DNA from: Haliotis rubra
Taxonomy: Eukaryota
DNA length: 64,000 nt
Assembly (NCBI RefSeq): GCF_003918875.1
Contig: NW_025765103.1
Span: 1,984,001 to 2,048,000 of the forward strand
Reading direction: 5' to 3'
Shown: positions 1 to 10,172 of the stretch, one piece after another
Position numbering within the stretch: the stretch's first letter is position 1
How the letters are laid out: every line of letters begins with the position of its first letter
Position numbers and translations under genes: made by a program
The notes under the pieces: generated by a model
What the model was told of the DNA's origin: nothing
The model's database searches: none
Seen by the model: the letters and a program-made list of their open reading frames with translations, nothing else

Positions 1-596
1 TCCCATACCTTAACATAGACTTAAGGTAGTCTTAGCGCTAATGTGACCGTAACTCCCATACCTTAACATAGACTTAAGGTAGTCTTAGCGCTAAGATGAC
101 CGTTACTCCCATACCTTAACATAGACTTAAGGTAGTCTTAGCGCTAATGTGACCGTAACTCCCACACCTTAACATAGACTTAAGGTAGTCTTAGCGCTAA
201 GGTGACCGTAACTCCCATACCTTAACATAGACCTAAGGTAGTCTTAGCGCTAAGGTGACCGTAACTCCCATACCTTAACATAGACCTAAGGTAGTCTTAG
301 CGCTAAGGTGACCGTAACTCCCATACCTTAACACAGACTTAAGGTAGTCTTAGCGCTAAGGTGACCGTAACTCCCATACCATAACATAGACTTAAGGTAG
401 TCTTAGCGCTAATGTGACCGTAACTCCCACACCTTAACATAGACTTAAGGTAGTCTTAGCGCTAAGGTGACCGTAACTCCCACACCTTAACATAGACTTA
501 AGGTAGTCTTAGCGCTAAGGTGACCGTAACTCCCATACCTTAACACAAACCTAAGGTAGTCTTAGCGTTAAGGTTGTTTTGTACAACGGAACCCTG
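1..596. repeat. 53-bp tandem satellite (about 11 units, runs off the window start) ending in a MITE-like terminus
   Basis: Unit TCCCATACCTTAACATAGACTTAAGGTAGTCTTAGCGCTAAGGTGACCGTAAC repeated. The array ends in TTTGTACAACGGAACCCTGG, resembling the terminus of the small MITE at 9077-9167. Confidence 0.95.
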
Positions 597-1194
597 GTAC
601 TAGACAAGGTATTCCTGATACACAAAGAACTTGATGTGAACTTGATTCCTAATATCACTGACATACATGTGACGGTGATTGATTTTCGCTGAGGGTTGGA
701 GACAAGCAATCAAAATGTAACCTCTGTATTGAGAGCGAAAGTAATATTGGAAATAGGGCCAGTCAGCGGGGATATTTATACATAATGCGCCGTTGTTACT
801 AAAATTGTAAGGGGTATTACTTTATTCATACACGCGTCCTTGCTCGGTAGGCAATATAGCGTTCCTGGTCGCGGATAATGTCCACGTACCAGCACGTCCC
901 AGAAATTAGTATACTGTCAGAGCAACACTAGGGGGTTACCATTTGCTAGGTTATGTGTGCGTTTCTTCAGGAAGTGGCAGAATATATCTTGCATCAAACC
1001 CTACCATTCAATCCGAAATGTTACGTTCTATTTTGACGTCCCAATACCGCTATGTCCAGTGTCTGGCAACAAACACTTGATTGTAACCGGTTCTCAATTC
1101 GACATGACAATAGTTCAGCTAATATAGCATACGACTTTATGGACAACAACTTCTTGGTTACTGCATTAAGTCCATTGTTATCCACAAACTGGTA

Positions 1195-1530
1195 AGGCCG
1201 CCTCCGTGGTGTAGGAGTTAGAGCGTCCGCCCGGAGAGCAGGAGGTCGCGGGTTCGATCCCCGGCCGCATCATATCAAAAGACGTTAAAATATGGTACTT
1301 GTTGGTCCCTGCCTGGCGCTCGGCATTAATGGGTACAACAAGGACTAGTCGGCCCTGAGTCAGTATAATGTGTCTGAGCGGAGTATTCATGCTTAACTGC
1401 GGCATGATATCTCAGTGAGCTAGCACCATAAAACCAGCTTAAGTCTGGGCTAGTACAAGCAGCTACACATACATCAGCGAAATATTCTCAAGTACCACGT
1501 TAAACCCCATTTCCCCTCACCTCCCCTCAC
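1195..1530 (+). mobile_element. tRNA-derived SINE, MetaSINE-like central domain
   Basis: tRNA-like head with A box and B box GGTTCGATCCC, then CATATCAAAAGACGTTAAAATATGGTACTTG...GCGCTCGGCATTAA and a CCCCTCAC tail. Second copy at 48710-49005. Confidence 0.85.
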
Positions 1531-1904
1531 CCATAAGTTGTATGCTTTGTTACTGACTCACCAACTTCTAAATGCCCATCAAACAATTAATAGTTCAGCT
1601 TCTCTCAAACTTGTGATACCTACAAGATAACCTAGGAAGGTATTCTGGATATTTTGTTTATCTCTGACATCGGAGAAATGTGTAGGTTTCTTGATAACAT
1701 GTTAAGACATCCCTGTTTTTCCAAATGGTAGACGGGTACAACATGTGTCACTTTCGGTTGTTCTCCTCCAAGCTGGGGCATGTGCTCTAACTGCATCGCG
1801 CTGTATAACCCCCGTGCACCCCAACCCCGTACACGCAGTGCAATCATGTGTACATACACGTTGAGAACATGTGATCAACTTTATTTTGAAGTTGTTCAAC
1901 TGAG

Positions 1905-4900
1905 TTAAAATAGCCTGACTCCCATAAAACTGGTAAAGTACTGACCGATGACAGTGTCAGTTTGAGAGATATGGTCTATAGTTACATACACCCTGGATCC
2001 GACCAATAACTCCAAAATAGCAAATGCCGTTCCCGAACCGGACTTGGACCCTGATGTTGTGGTCGCAGCAACTGTCGCCTCTTCTAGCCTCAGGTTCAGG
2101 TTGAAACTCTTCATGGTGTCTCCTGCGTAATCGTTGACTCCGTTAATCAGAAACAAATACACCCCATTGGTGGGGGCAGTGAAATTTCCAGTTGTGGAGT
2201 TGTAACCTCCGCCGACGTTGTATCTGGTGTCGTTGAACTTCAGTACATCATTTTCGGAGAAGTTTGCTACTTTGTAGTTAGGAAAACTTACATCGAAGTA
2301 GACTTTCGGATCTTGCTCTGCCGAGGAAAGGTGAAAAGGGTAAAGCGTCCTTTGAGGAAATGGCCATGTGAAGGATGACATACAAGTACTTTAATTCACA
2401 ACCCCAAATCATATCTGAATCTATGACTGTACAGATATGTTAACTATCAGGCTGCAAAATAACGCCATTTACACATTCTTGTATTGAATTATTCTACATG
2501 ACAGCTTTGCATACAAAATATAGACGTATGGTCATGTGATAAGGTTCACATACAGAATATAGATGTATAGCCATGTGACAACGTTTACATACAGAAGATA
2601 GACGTATGGTCAAGTGATACTGACTGACTGACTGAGTTTAGTTTTACGCCGCTTTTAGCAATATTCCAGCAATATCACGGCGGGGAACACCAGAAATGGG
2701 CTTAACACATTGTGCCCATGTGGGGATGGTCAAGTGATAAGGTTCACATACAGGGTATAGACGTATGATCATGTGACAACGTTTACATACAGAATATAGA
2801 TGTATAGCCATGTGACAACGTTTACATACAGAAGATAGACGTATGGTCAAGTGATAAGGTTCACATACAGAATATAGACGTATAGCCAAGTGACAACGTT
2901 TACATACAGAATATAGACGTATAGCCATGTGACAACGTTTACATACAGAATATAGAAGTATGGTCATGTGACGTTTACATACAGAATATAGACGTATGGT
3001 CATGTGATAAGGTTCACATACAGAATATAGACGTATGGTCATGTGACAACGTTTACATACAGAATATAGATGTATAGCCATGTGACAACGTTTACATACA
3101 GAATATAGACGTATGGTCATGTGATAAGGTTCACATACAGAATATAGACGTATGGTCATGTGACAACGTTTACATACAGAATATAGACGTATGGTCATGT
3201 GATAAAGTTCACATACAGAATATAGACGTATGGTCATGTGATAAGGTTCACATATACAGTATAGACGTATAGTCATGTGATAAGGTTCACATACAGAATA
3301 TAGACGTATGGTCATGTGATAAGGTTCACATGCATAATATAGACGTATAGCCATGTGACAACGTTTACATACAGAATATAGACGTATGGTCAAGTGATAA
3401 GGTTCACATACAGAATATAGACGTATGGTCATGTGATAAGGTTCACATGCATAATATAGACGTATAGCCATGTGACAACGTTTACATACAGAATATTGAC
3501 GTATGGTCATGTGATAAGGTTCATATACAGAATATAGACTTTGGACTATGTGACAACATTTACATACAGAATATAGACGTATGGTCATGTGATAAGGGTC
3601 ACATACAGAATATAGACGTATGGTCACGTGATAAGGCTCACATGCAGAATATAGACGTATGGTCACGTGATAAGGCTCACATGCAGGATAAAGACGTATG
3701 GTCACGTGATAAGGCTCACACGCAGGATAAAGACGTATGGTCACGTGATAAGGCTCACATGCAGAATATAGACGTATGGTCATGTGATAAGGTTCACATG
3801 CAGAATATAGACGTATGGTCACGTGATAAGGCTCACATGCAGAATATAGACGTATGGTCATGTGATAAGGCTCACATGCAGGTTATAGACGTATGGTCAT
3901 GTGATAAGGTTCACATGCAGAATATAGACGTATGGTCACGTGATAAGGCTCACATGCAGGATAAAGACGTATGGTCATGTGATATGGCTCACATGCAGAA
4001 TATAGACGTATGGTCATGTGATAAGGCTCACATGCAGAATATAGACGTATGGTCATGTGATAAGGCTCACATGCAGGATAAAGACGTATGGTCACGTGAT
4101 AAGGCTCACATGCAGGATAAAGGCGTATGGTCACGTGATAAGGTTCACATGCAGAATATAGACGTATGGTCATGTGATAAGGTTCACATACAGAATATAG
4201 ACGTATGGTCATGTGATAAGGTTCACATACAGAATATAGACGTATGGTCATGTGATAAGGTTCACATACAGAATATAGACGTATGGTCATGTGATAAAGT
4301 TCACATACAGCATATAGACTTTTGACTATGTGCAACGTTTACATACAGCATATAGACGTATGGTCATGTGACAAGGTTCACATACAGCATATAGCAGTCA
4401 TATGACAGTCCTCAGTGAATGCCCAAGTGTACATCTTACCTAAATGCGTTAAGCGAGTCTTGACACTTTCCAAGTTCACAACGGAGCTGACCACAGCTTG
4501 GACTTGTTTGGTGACGCTGGCGAAATCTTTGCTTAACTTCTCAAATGACCTCTCAGACACATTTCTGGCAACCTCATCAGCTGTGGTTGACGTGTTGAGC
4601 AGCCCAACATCCTTGTGCAATATCGTGACTTCATCAGCAAGGCCTTGTAAAGTGTGAAGATGCTCAGCGCTTTCATTAAACAAGGTATCGATGTTAACTG
4701 TCACGTTTTGAAGTTTGCTGTCAAACGAAACACCAAGGAGTTTGTTTTCTTGTTTTCTTTCTTGCACCTGAACTTGAAATGAAGAGTTCAAATGCATTTG
4801 CTGCATTTTCAGCACATACAGTGTCTGCGTCAGTTGTTGGTTTTTTGAGAGACTGGGTGTTCCCTTGTTGTTGTAGATCCATGTTGCATGACGCTAGCAT

Positions 4901-5341
4901 TCCGGACAAGTTGGTGACCTTGTGGTCAAGGTCATTTCTCTCCAATCGCTCTGTGAGGATACTGTTCTCCAGATACGCATTCTTCGCTTTAAGATCTGCA
5001 GCTTTGATTTCCATGTCTGACATTTTCTTTAAAAGAGTAAGCACATCACCTGATAATTGAAAATTCGAGTTTTGAAGAAGTTGCAGATCAGTCTGGATCA
5101 TGGAAAGGGCGTGTGCCGCATTGTTCTGCTGCAAAGTCTTCAACGTTGCCTTCAGGTCGGTGTTTTCCGTTTTAAGAGATGCCACCTCGCTAACCAGATT
5201 GTACATCTCGTTTTGTAGTTGTATCATGTTTGAGTTCAGAAGCGACATTGCAAGGCTGTCGACGGTGGTGTTTGGCGTCCGTGTTGTCGTCCACGCAGGA
5301 AGGATGGCTTGAAGGAAGAGGAAGGGAACTACAACATTCAT
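1905..5341 (-). CDS. Secreted C1q-domain-containing protein (signal peptide + long coiled coil + globular C1q), 2 coding exons, about 437 aa
   Basis: Exon 1 5341-4440: MNVVVPFLFLQAILPAW signal, heptad-rich coiled coil, GTAAG donor at 4439; needs one base removed from the T6 run at 4841-4846. Exon 2 2317-1905: CAG acceptor, C1q motifs F..LKFNDTRYNVGGGYNSTTGNFTAPTNGVYLF and SFMGVRLF*. Splice phases match (G|AG). Confidence 0.85.
2500..4400. repeat. 39-bp minisatellite array filling the C1q-gene intron
   Basis: Unit GACGTATGGTCATGTGATAAGGTTCACATACAGAATATA, with variant sub-blocks (ACAACGTTT vs ATAAGGTTC; ATAC vs ATGC). Interrupted by a SINE at about 2620-2725. Confidence 0.95.
2620..2725 (-). 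mobile_element. 5'-truncated tRNA-SINE (MESC-like 3' core)
   Basis: TTTTACGCCGCTTTTAGCAATATTCCAGCAATATCACGGCGGGG... matches the copies at 8855, 43584, 52375 and 53944. Confidence 0.85.
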
Positions 5342-5888
5342 TTTTCAGCAGCCAGATTGTTTGAGCTACACACGTCATGGAACTTTCTCATATTGTGTAA
5401 CTTTCCAAGAGACTGGACACCTGTTGCCTTGTCTTATCAAGAATTTATGATTCAAAACATGTAAATTTAGTTCATAGCTACTGGTCAACGCGTGTAGTTC
5501 ATGGTCGTTTACAGGTGGTCTCTCTATTTCAATTTCAGCTTTATTCAAATATAATGCTAATGCACGCTAATTAAATCTGAAAACGGATTGAGCGCTTTAG
5601 GTACCTGATCTTCATCTACGAAGCTCCTGAAGGGACATTTGCGTAACCAAAATTAAAAAATAATCTCGTAATAACGACTTTTATTACCTACGAGGGTGAA
5701 AATATCGGGGTTCATAGTTTTCATACCATGCCCTAGGACAAAATATCAGTTTGTCATGGTGACGTGACGTCATGTTTCTTCTATGACGTTGCGTTCTACA
5801 TGCGGCGACGGCGGGTAGCCAGCGTATGTTTGAAAGTAGATTTGGGGTTATTTTCCTCAATTTGACGACTTCGGTAATTAATACTAAA

Positions 5889-6038
5889 TAGAATATTATA
5901 TTCGTGCCAATATCCTACAATGTAACGACACAAGTGCCTAAATATCGGTATATCCCTCGCTCTCGCTCGGGAAATACCAACATTTTGGCACTCGAATCGT
6001 AAACATAGTATGACATAGGCACTCATAATATCCTCTAT
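5889..6038. mobile_element. Imperfect palindromic (fold-back) non-autonomous element
   Basis: TAGAATATTAT...ATCGGTATATCCCTCGCTCTCGCTCGGGAAATACCAAC...ATAATATCCTCTA folds into a hairpin of about 150 nt. Superfamily not assignable. Confidence 0.55.
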
Positions 6039-6146
6039 ATAATCCCGTTATAACGATTTTAAATCTCGTTATAACGACTTTTAAATCTCGTTATAACGAC
6101 TTTTAGTGGCCTTCGTCTACTTCTGAATTGGGTCTGTTTGAACATA

Positions 6147-7670
6147 AACTCTGTCAAAAAAGAAACGCAACCCCTGTCCTCAGATATGAAAAATTCGTTT
6201 GAATGAAGTTATTGCTTCCAAACTAAATTTTATTCGAATGTATTGAAATGATACACGTAATTAATGAAGATTACCATCCAAACAACTGCATTTGTACGCA
6301 TAAGTGTATTTTATTGCTTATTCCGTCACAACGCATGAAATGACCCTCATGGTGACTTCGCACAAAAAAAACACATGCAAATCATGAAAATGGCAGTTAA
6401 TGTAGGGTGTATAAAAGCCCATGTGCTTCCGTATTATATTCATTCATTTGTCGCCGAAAAGCTGTGTTAAAAATGCCACGATTGAGTGCTGCCGACCGAA
6501 ATATCGCCATTGGTCGTGTTCAAGCCGGAGAAAGTTTTGGAACTGTTGCACGGCACCTAAATGTTCACAAAACAACGATATCCCGACTTTGGAGCCGCTA
6601 CAACAACTTCAATTTGACCAACGATCGCCCGAGAAGTGGAAGGCCAAGAATCACGAGCCCCTTCAAGATCGGTACATCCGGGTCCATCACCTGCGTAATC
6701 GGCATGCCCTACCAACCGTGACTGCCACACAAATACCAGGTTTGAGGAGAGTGTCAGCTCAAACGATTAGGAACCGTCTGAAAGAAGCGGGTTTACGTGC
6801 CTGTAGACCAGTTGTTGGACCTGTACTACGCCCCCTACATCGACGCCGACGACTCAGGTGGTGCAACAACGTAAGGATACGGACTTTACAAAACTGGAGG
6901 CGAATCTGGTTTCTGATGAATCACGTTTTCTTTTGCAACGTCACGACGGAAGACAGCGTCTGTATAGGAGACGTCATAAACGTTTTGCGCCCATCTGCGT
7001 CCGACAGGTGGACAGATTTGGCGGAGAAAGCGTCATGGTTTGGGAACCATCTCATACAACCAGAAATCAGACTTGGTGATCGTTCCAGGAACCTGACAGC
7101 CCAACGTTACATCAACCACGTGTTAGAGCTTCACCTTCTCCCGATTATTGACCAACAGACACAGATTTTTCAACGGGACAACGCCCGGCCTCATACTGCA
7201 CGTGCAACAATGAACTTTCTGCAGAATTCCAACGTCAATGTCTTGCCATGACCCTCTAAATCACCAGACCTCAACCCTATTGAACACCTGTGGGATACTC
7301 TGGATCGACGCGTACGTCAACGTCAGCCGCCGCCACAGACGCTGCAACAGCTCGCCGTTGCACTGCAGGAGGAGTGGAGAGCCATTCCCAGGAAAGAATC
7401 CGGCGTCTTATCCGTTCTTGTCCAAGGAGATGCCGTGCAGTGATTGCAGCGCGTGGTGCTCATACGAGATACTGAGAAAGACGCCCCCCTGGTGACAAAC
7501 TGGTGTCTGTGAGATGACTTTTGAAATGACAATTTTAAACATGCCCATCTGGGTTATTATTCTGCCAAATTTCAGACTTCTGTCTTAAATAATAAAAATG
7601 CCGTGTCGTCCTAAAACTTCAGATCAAAATCTCTAAAATACAGGGGTTGCGTTTCTTTTTTGACAGAGTT
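6147..7670 (+). mobile_element. Full-length Tc1 (DD34E) transposon
   Basis: Perfect 31-bp TIRs AACTCTGTCAAAAAAGAAACGCAACCCCTGT, with TA duplication at 6145-6146 and 7671-7672. Confidence 0.97.
6473..7475 (+). pseudogene. Tc1 transposase (HTH + DD34E), disrupted
   Basis: MPRLSAADRNIAIG...RSGRPR; WFSDESRF; FQRDNARPH; SPDLNPIEHLW, with 34 residues between the second D and E; ends GAHTRY*. Several frameshifts and a TGA replacing the conserved W at 7249-7251. Confidence 0.92.
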
Positions 7671-7789
7671 TAGAATTCATGGTTTCGACCGACTTGATGA
7701 GCCTCTGGTCTTTAGAGTCCTGTGTAACATCCTTGCTTACCTTCCTGATCCCTCCATCGAAGATGGTAGTCGCATCCCAAGGTTTGCGG

Positions 7790-8845
7790 TTGGGAACTGT
7801 GAGAAAATCAATGTGTCACAGTTCCCATCAGGTGCGAAAATCAACTTGTCACAGTTCCCATCAGGTGAGAAAATCAACTTGTCACAGTTCCCATCAGGTG
7901 AGAAAATCAATGTGTCACAGTTCCCATCAGGTGAGAAAATCAACTTGTCACAGTTCCCATCAGGTGAGAAAATCAATGTGTCACAGTTCCCATCAGGTGA
8001 GAAATCAATGTGTCACAGTTCACATCAGGTGAGAAAATCAACTTGTCACAGTTCCCATCAGGTGAGAAAATCAATGTGTCACAGTTCCCATCAGGTGAGA
8101 AAATCAATGTGTCACAGTTCCCATCGGGTGAGAAAATCAACTTGTCACAGTTCCCATCAGGTGAGAAAATCAATGTGTCACAGTTCCCATCAGGTGAGAA
8201 AATCAATGTGCCACAGTTCCCATCAGGTGAGAAAATCAACTTGTCACAGTTCCCATCAGGTGAGAAAATCAACTTGTCACAGTTCCCATCAGGTGAGAAA
8301 ATCAATGTGTCACAGTTCCCATCAGGTGAGAAAATCAACTTGTCACAGTTCCCATCAGGTGAGAAAATCAATGTGTCACAGTTCCCATCAGGTGAGAAAT
8401 CAATATGTCACAGTTCCCATCAGGTGAGAAGATCAATGTGTCACAGTTCCCATCAGGTGAGAAAATCAATGTGTCACAGTTCCCATCAGGTGAGAAAATC
8501 AATATGTCACAGTTCCCATCAGGTGAGAAAACCAACTTGTCACAGTTCCCATCAGGTGAGAAAATCAATGTGTCACAGTTCCCATCAGGTGAGAAAATCA
8601 ATGTGCCACAGTTCCCATCAGGTGAGAAAATCAACTTGTCACAGTTCCCATCAGGTGAGAGAATCAATGTGTCACAGTTCCCATCAGGTGAGAGAATCAA
8701 TGTGTCACAGTTCCCATCAGGTGAGAAAATCAATGTGCCACAGTTCCCATCAGGTGAGAAAATCAACTTGTCACAGTTCCCATCAGGTGAGAGAATCAAT
8801 GTGTCACAGTTCCCATCAGGTGAGAGAATCAATGTGTCACAGTTT
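7790..8845. repeat. 33-bp minisatellite (about 31 units)
   Basis: Unit GTCACAGTTCCCATCAGGTGAGAAAATCAA(TGT/CTT); highly homogeneous. Confidence 0.97.
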
Positions 8846-8854
8846 CAATCAAAA

Positions 8855-9005
8855 GTGAGTGAGTGAGTATGGTTTTACGCCGCTTTTTGGCAATATCACG
8901 GTGGGGGACACCAGAAATGGGCTGCACACATTGTACCCATGTCTTGAATGGAACCCCGGTTATCGGCGTGATGAGCGAACGCTTTAACAACTAGGCTACT
9001 CCACT
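8855..9005 (-). mobile_element. tRNA-SINE copy
   Basis: GTGA tail, MESC-like core and decayed tRNA head; same family as 52375 and 53944. Confidence 0.85.
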
Positions 9006-9076
9006 GCTCTTCCACCAAAAGTCGTTATGACGAGATTTAAAAGTCGTTATTACGAGATTAAAAGTTAATCAGCCAG

Positions 9077-9167
9077 CGGCCCGTTTCACAAATCGATCGT
9101 AGCGCTACGACTGTCGTAAGTCTATGTTAAAGTATGGGAGTTACGATCGCTTTGTGGAACGGGCCCG
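9077..9167. mobile_element. Small MITE of about 90 bp (PIF/Harbinger-like termini)
   Basis: TIRs GGCCCGTTTCACAAA / TTTGTGGAACGGGCC. The internal part is the reverse complement of the 53-bp satellite unit at 1-596. Confidence 0.7.
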
Positions 9168-10172
9168 GAGATTTACAAGTCGTTATAACGAGATTTATAA
9201 GTCGTAATTACGTGATTATACGTCACGTCAGAGGTACAGATAAGCTGCGTATCTGCGTAAATTACGCAAATGTTTATGAGAAAACGCAATTCCTATTAAG
9301 TCTATTGCGTACAAGTACGCTTGGAGTTTGGTAAATACCCAATAAATGTGATCTTACATGCGTACAAACAAAAATGTCAAATCTTAGCTTGCGTAACGGT
9401 GGATAAAATAAAATAACTGCGGTATACTGAGAGGTTCTATTTCAGGACATGAACTTGACAACCTGCAGTCTTTCTTATCGTTTCTCATATTAGAGATCAA
9501 ATATAAATAACGAACACTAACATTTAAACTTTTTTATATTTGTAAAATTAATGGAAAATGGAAAAATACCCAATTGAGTTTGAGTGAGGTGAGTACAATT
9601 TATTTAGTTACTCAAAGGAAAATTAGGATACCCAATTGAGATGAACACAAGCGAGTACATAACTCAATGATCCAAAAAGTTATCTGTAGCTCTGTACGTC
9701 GTTATTAAAACGAGATTATAAGTCGTTATAACGAGAATATTATTATTATTTAGTTTTTGGATACGCATATGTCCCTTCAGGAGCTTCGTATTTATCTGAT
9801 GGTGACCAGTAAAAAGAAACTAAATATCATCTTGCTATATACTTTTTCTCCAAATGGTGACAGGTACAAATGTTACTGAGAACTGCGGAACTCTGAACTA
9901 GTCAACTTTAGTATCCAAGCGGTTTTAGCAACGAAACATTTCGTTTTTACACACTACAGGCTGTGGTACAATACTGGTTAAGTGGTACAATACTGGTTTC
10001 ACCACACTTAATACACACAGAGCAGTATAACAGTGTAACGAATAATACTGAGCCTAAGTTTACTTAGACTGTGCGGCCAGCCTACCGTAAAGTATTGAGC
10101 ACTTTCATGGTTTCAAGTTGATGAGCGGCCAAAGGGAGGTAACTCTAATTATCAACGTCATTGTCAACAAAC

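Larger units (their letters stand above)
5617..9790. mobile_element. Non-autonomous IS3EU-like DNA transposon containing nested insertions
   Basis: TIRs TACGAAGCTCCTGAAGGGACATTTGCGTAACCAAAA / TTTTGGATACGCATATGTCCCTTCAGGAGCTTCGTA. TAC...GTA termini, 6-bp imperfect TSD TTCATC/TTTATC, and inverted subterminal AATCTCGTTATAACGACTTT repeats at both ends. Confidence 0.7.

Noticed and set aside
2644-4335. 405-, 227- and 150-aa repetitive ORFs
   Set aside because: Translations of a 39-bp (multiple of 3) intronic minisatellite; no domain content.
7660-8866. Repetitive SQFPSGEKIN ORFs; CRISPR-like regularity
   Set aside because: Head-to-tail 33-bp units with no unique spacers, no cas genes, and a eukaryotic context.
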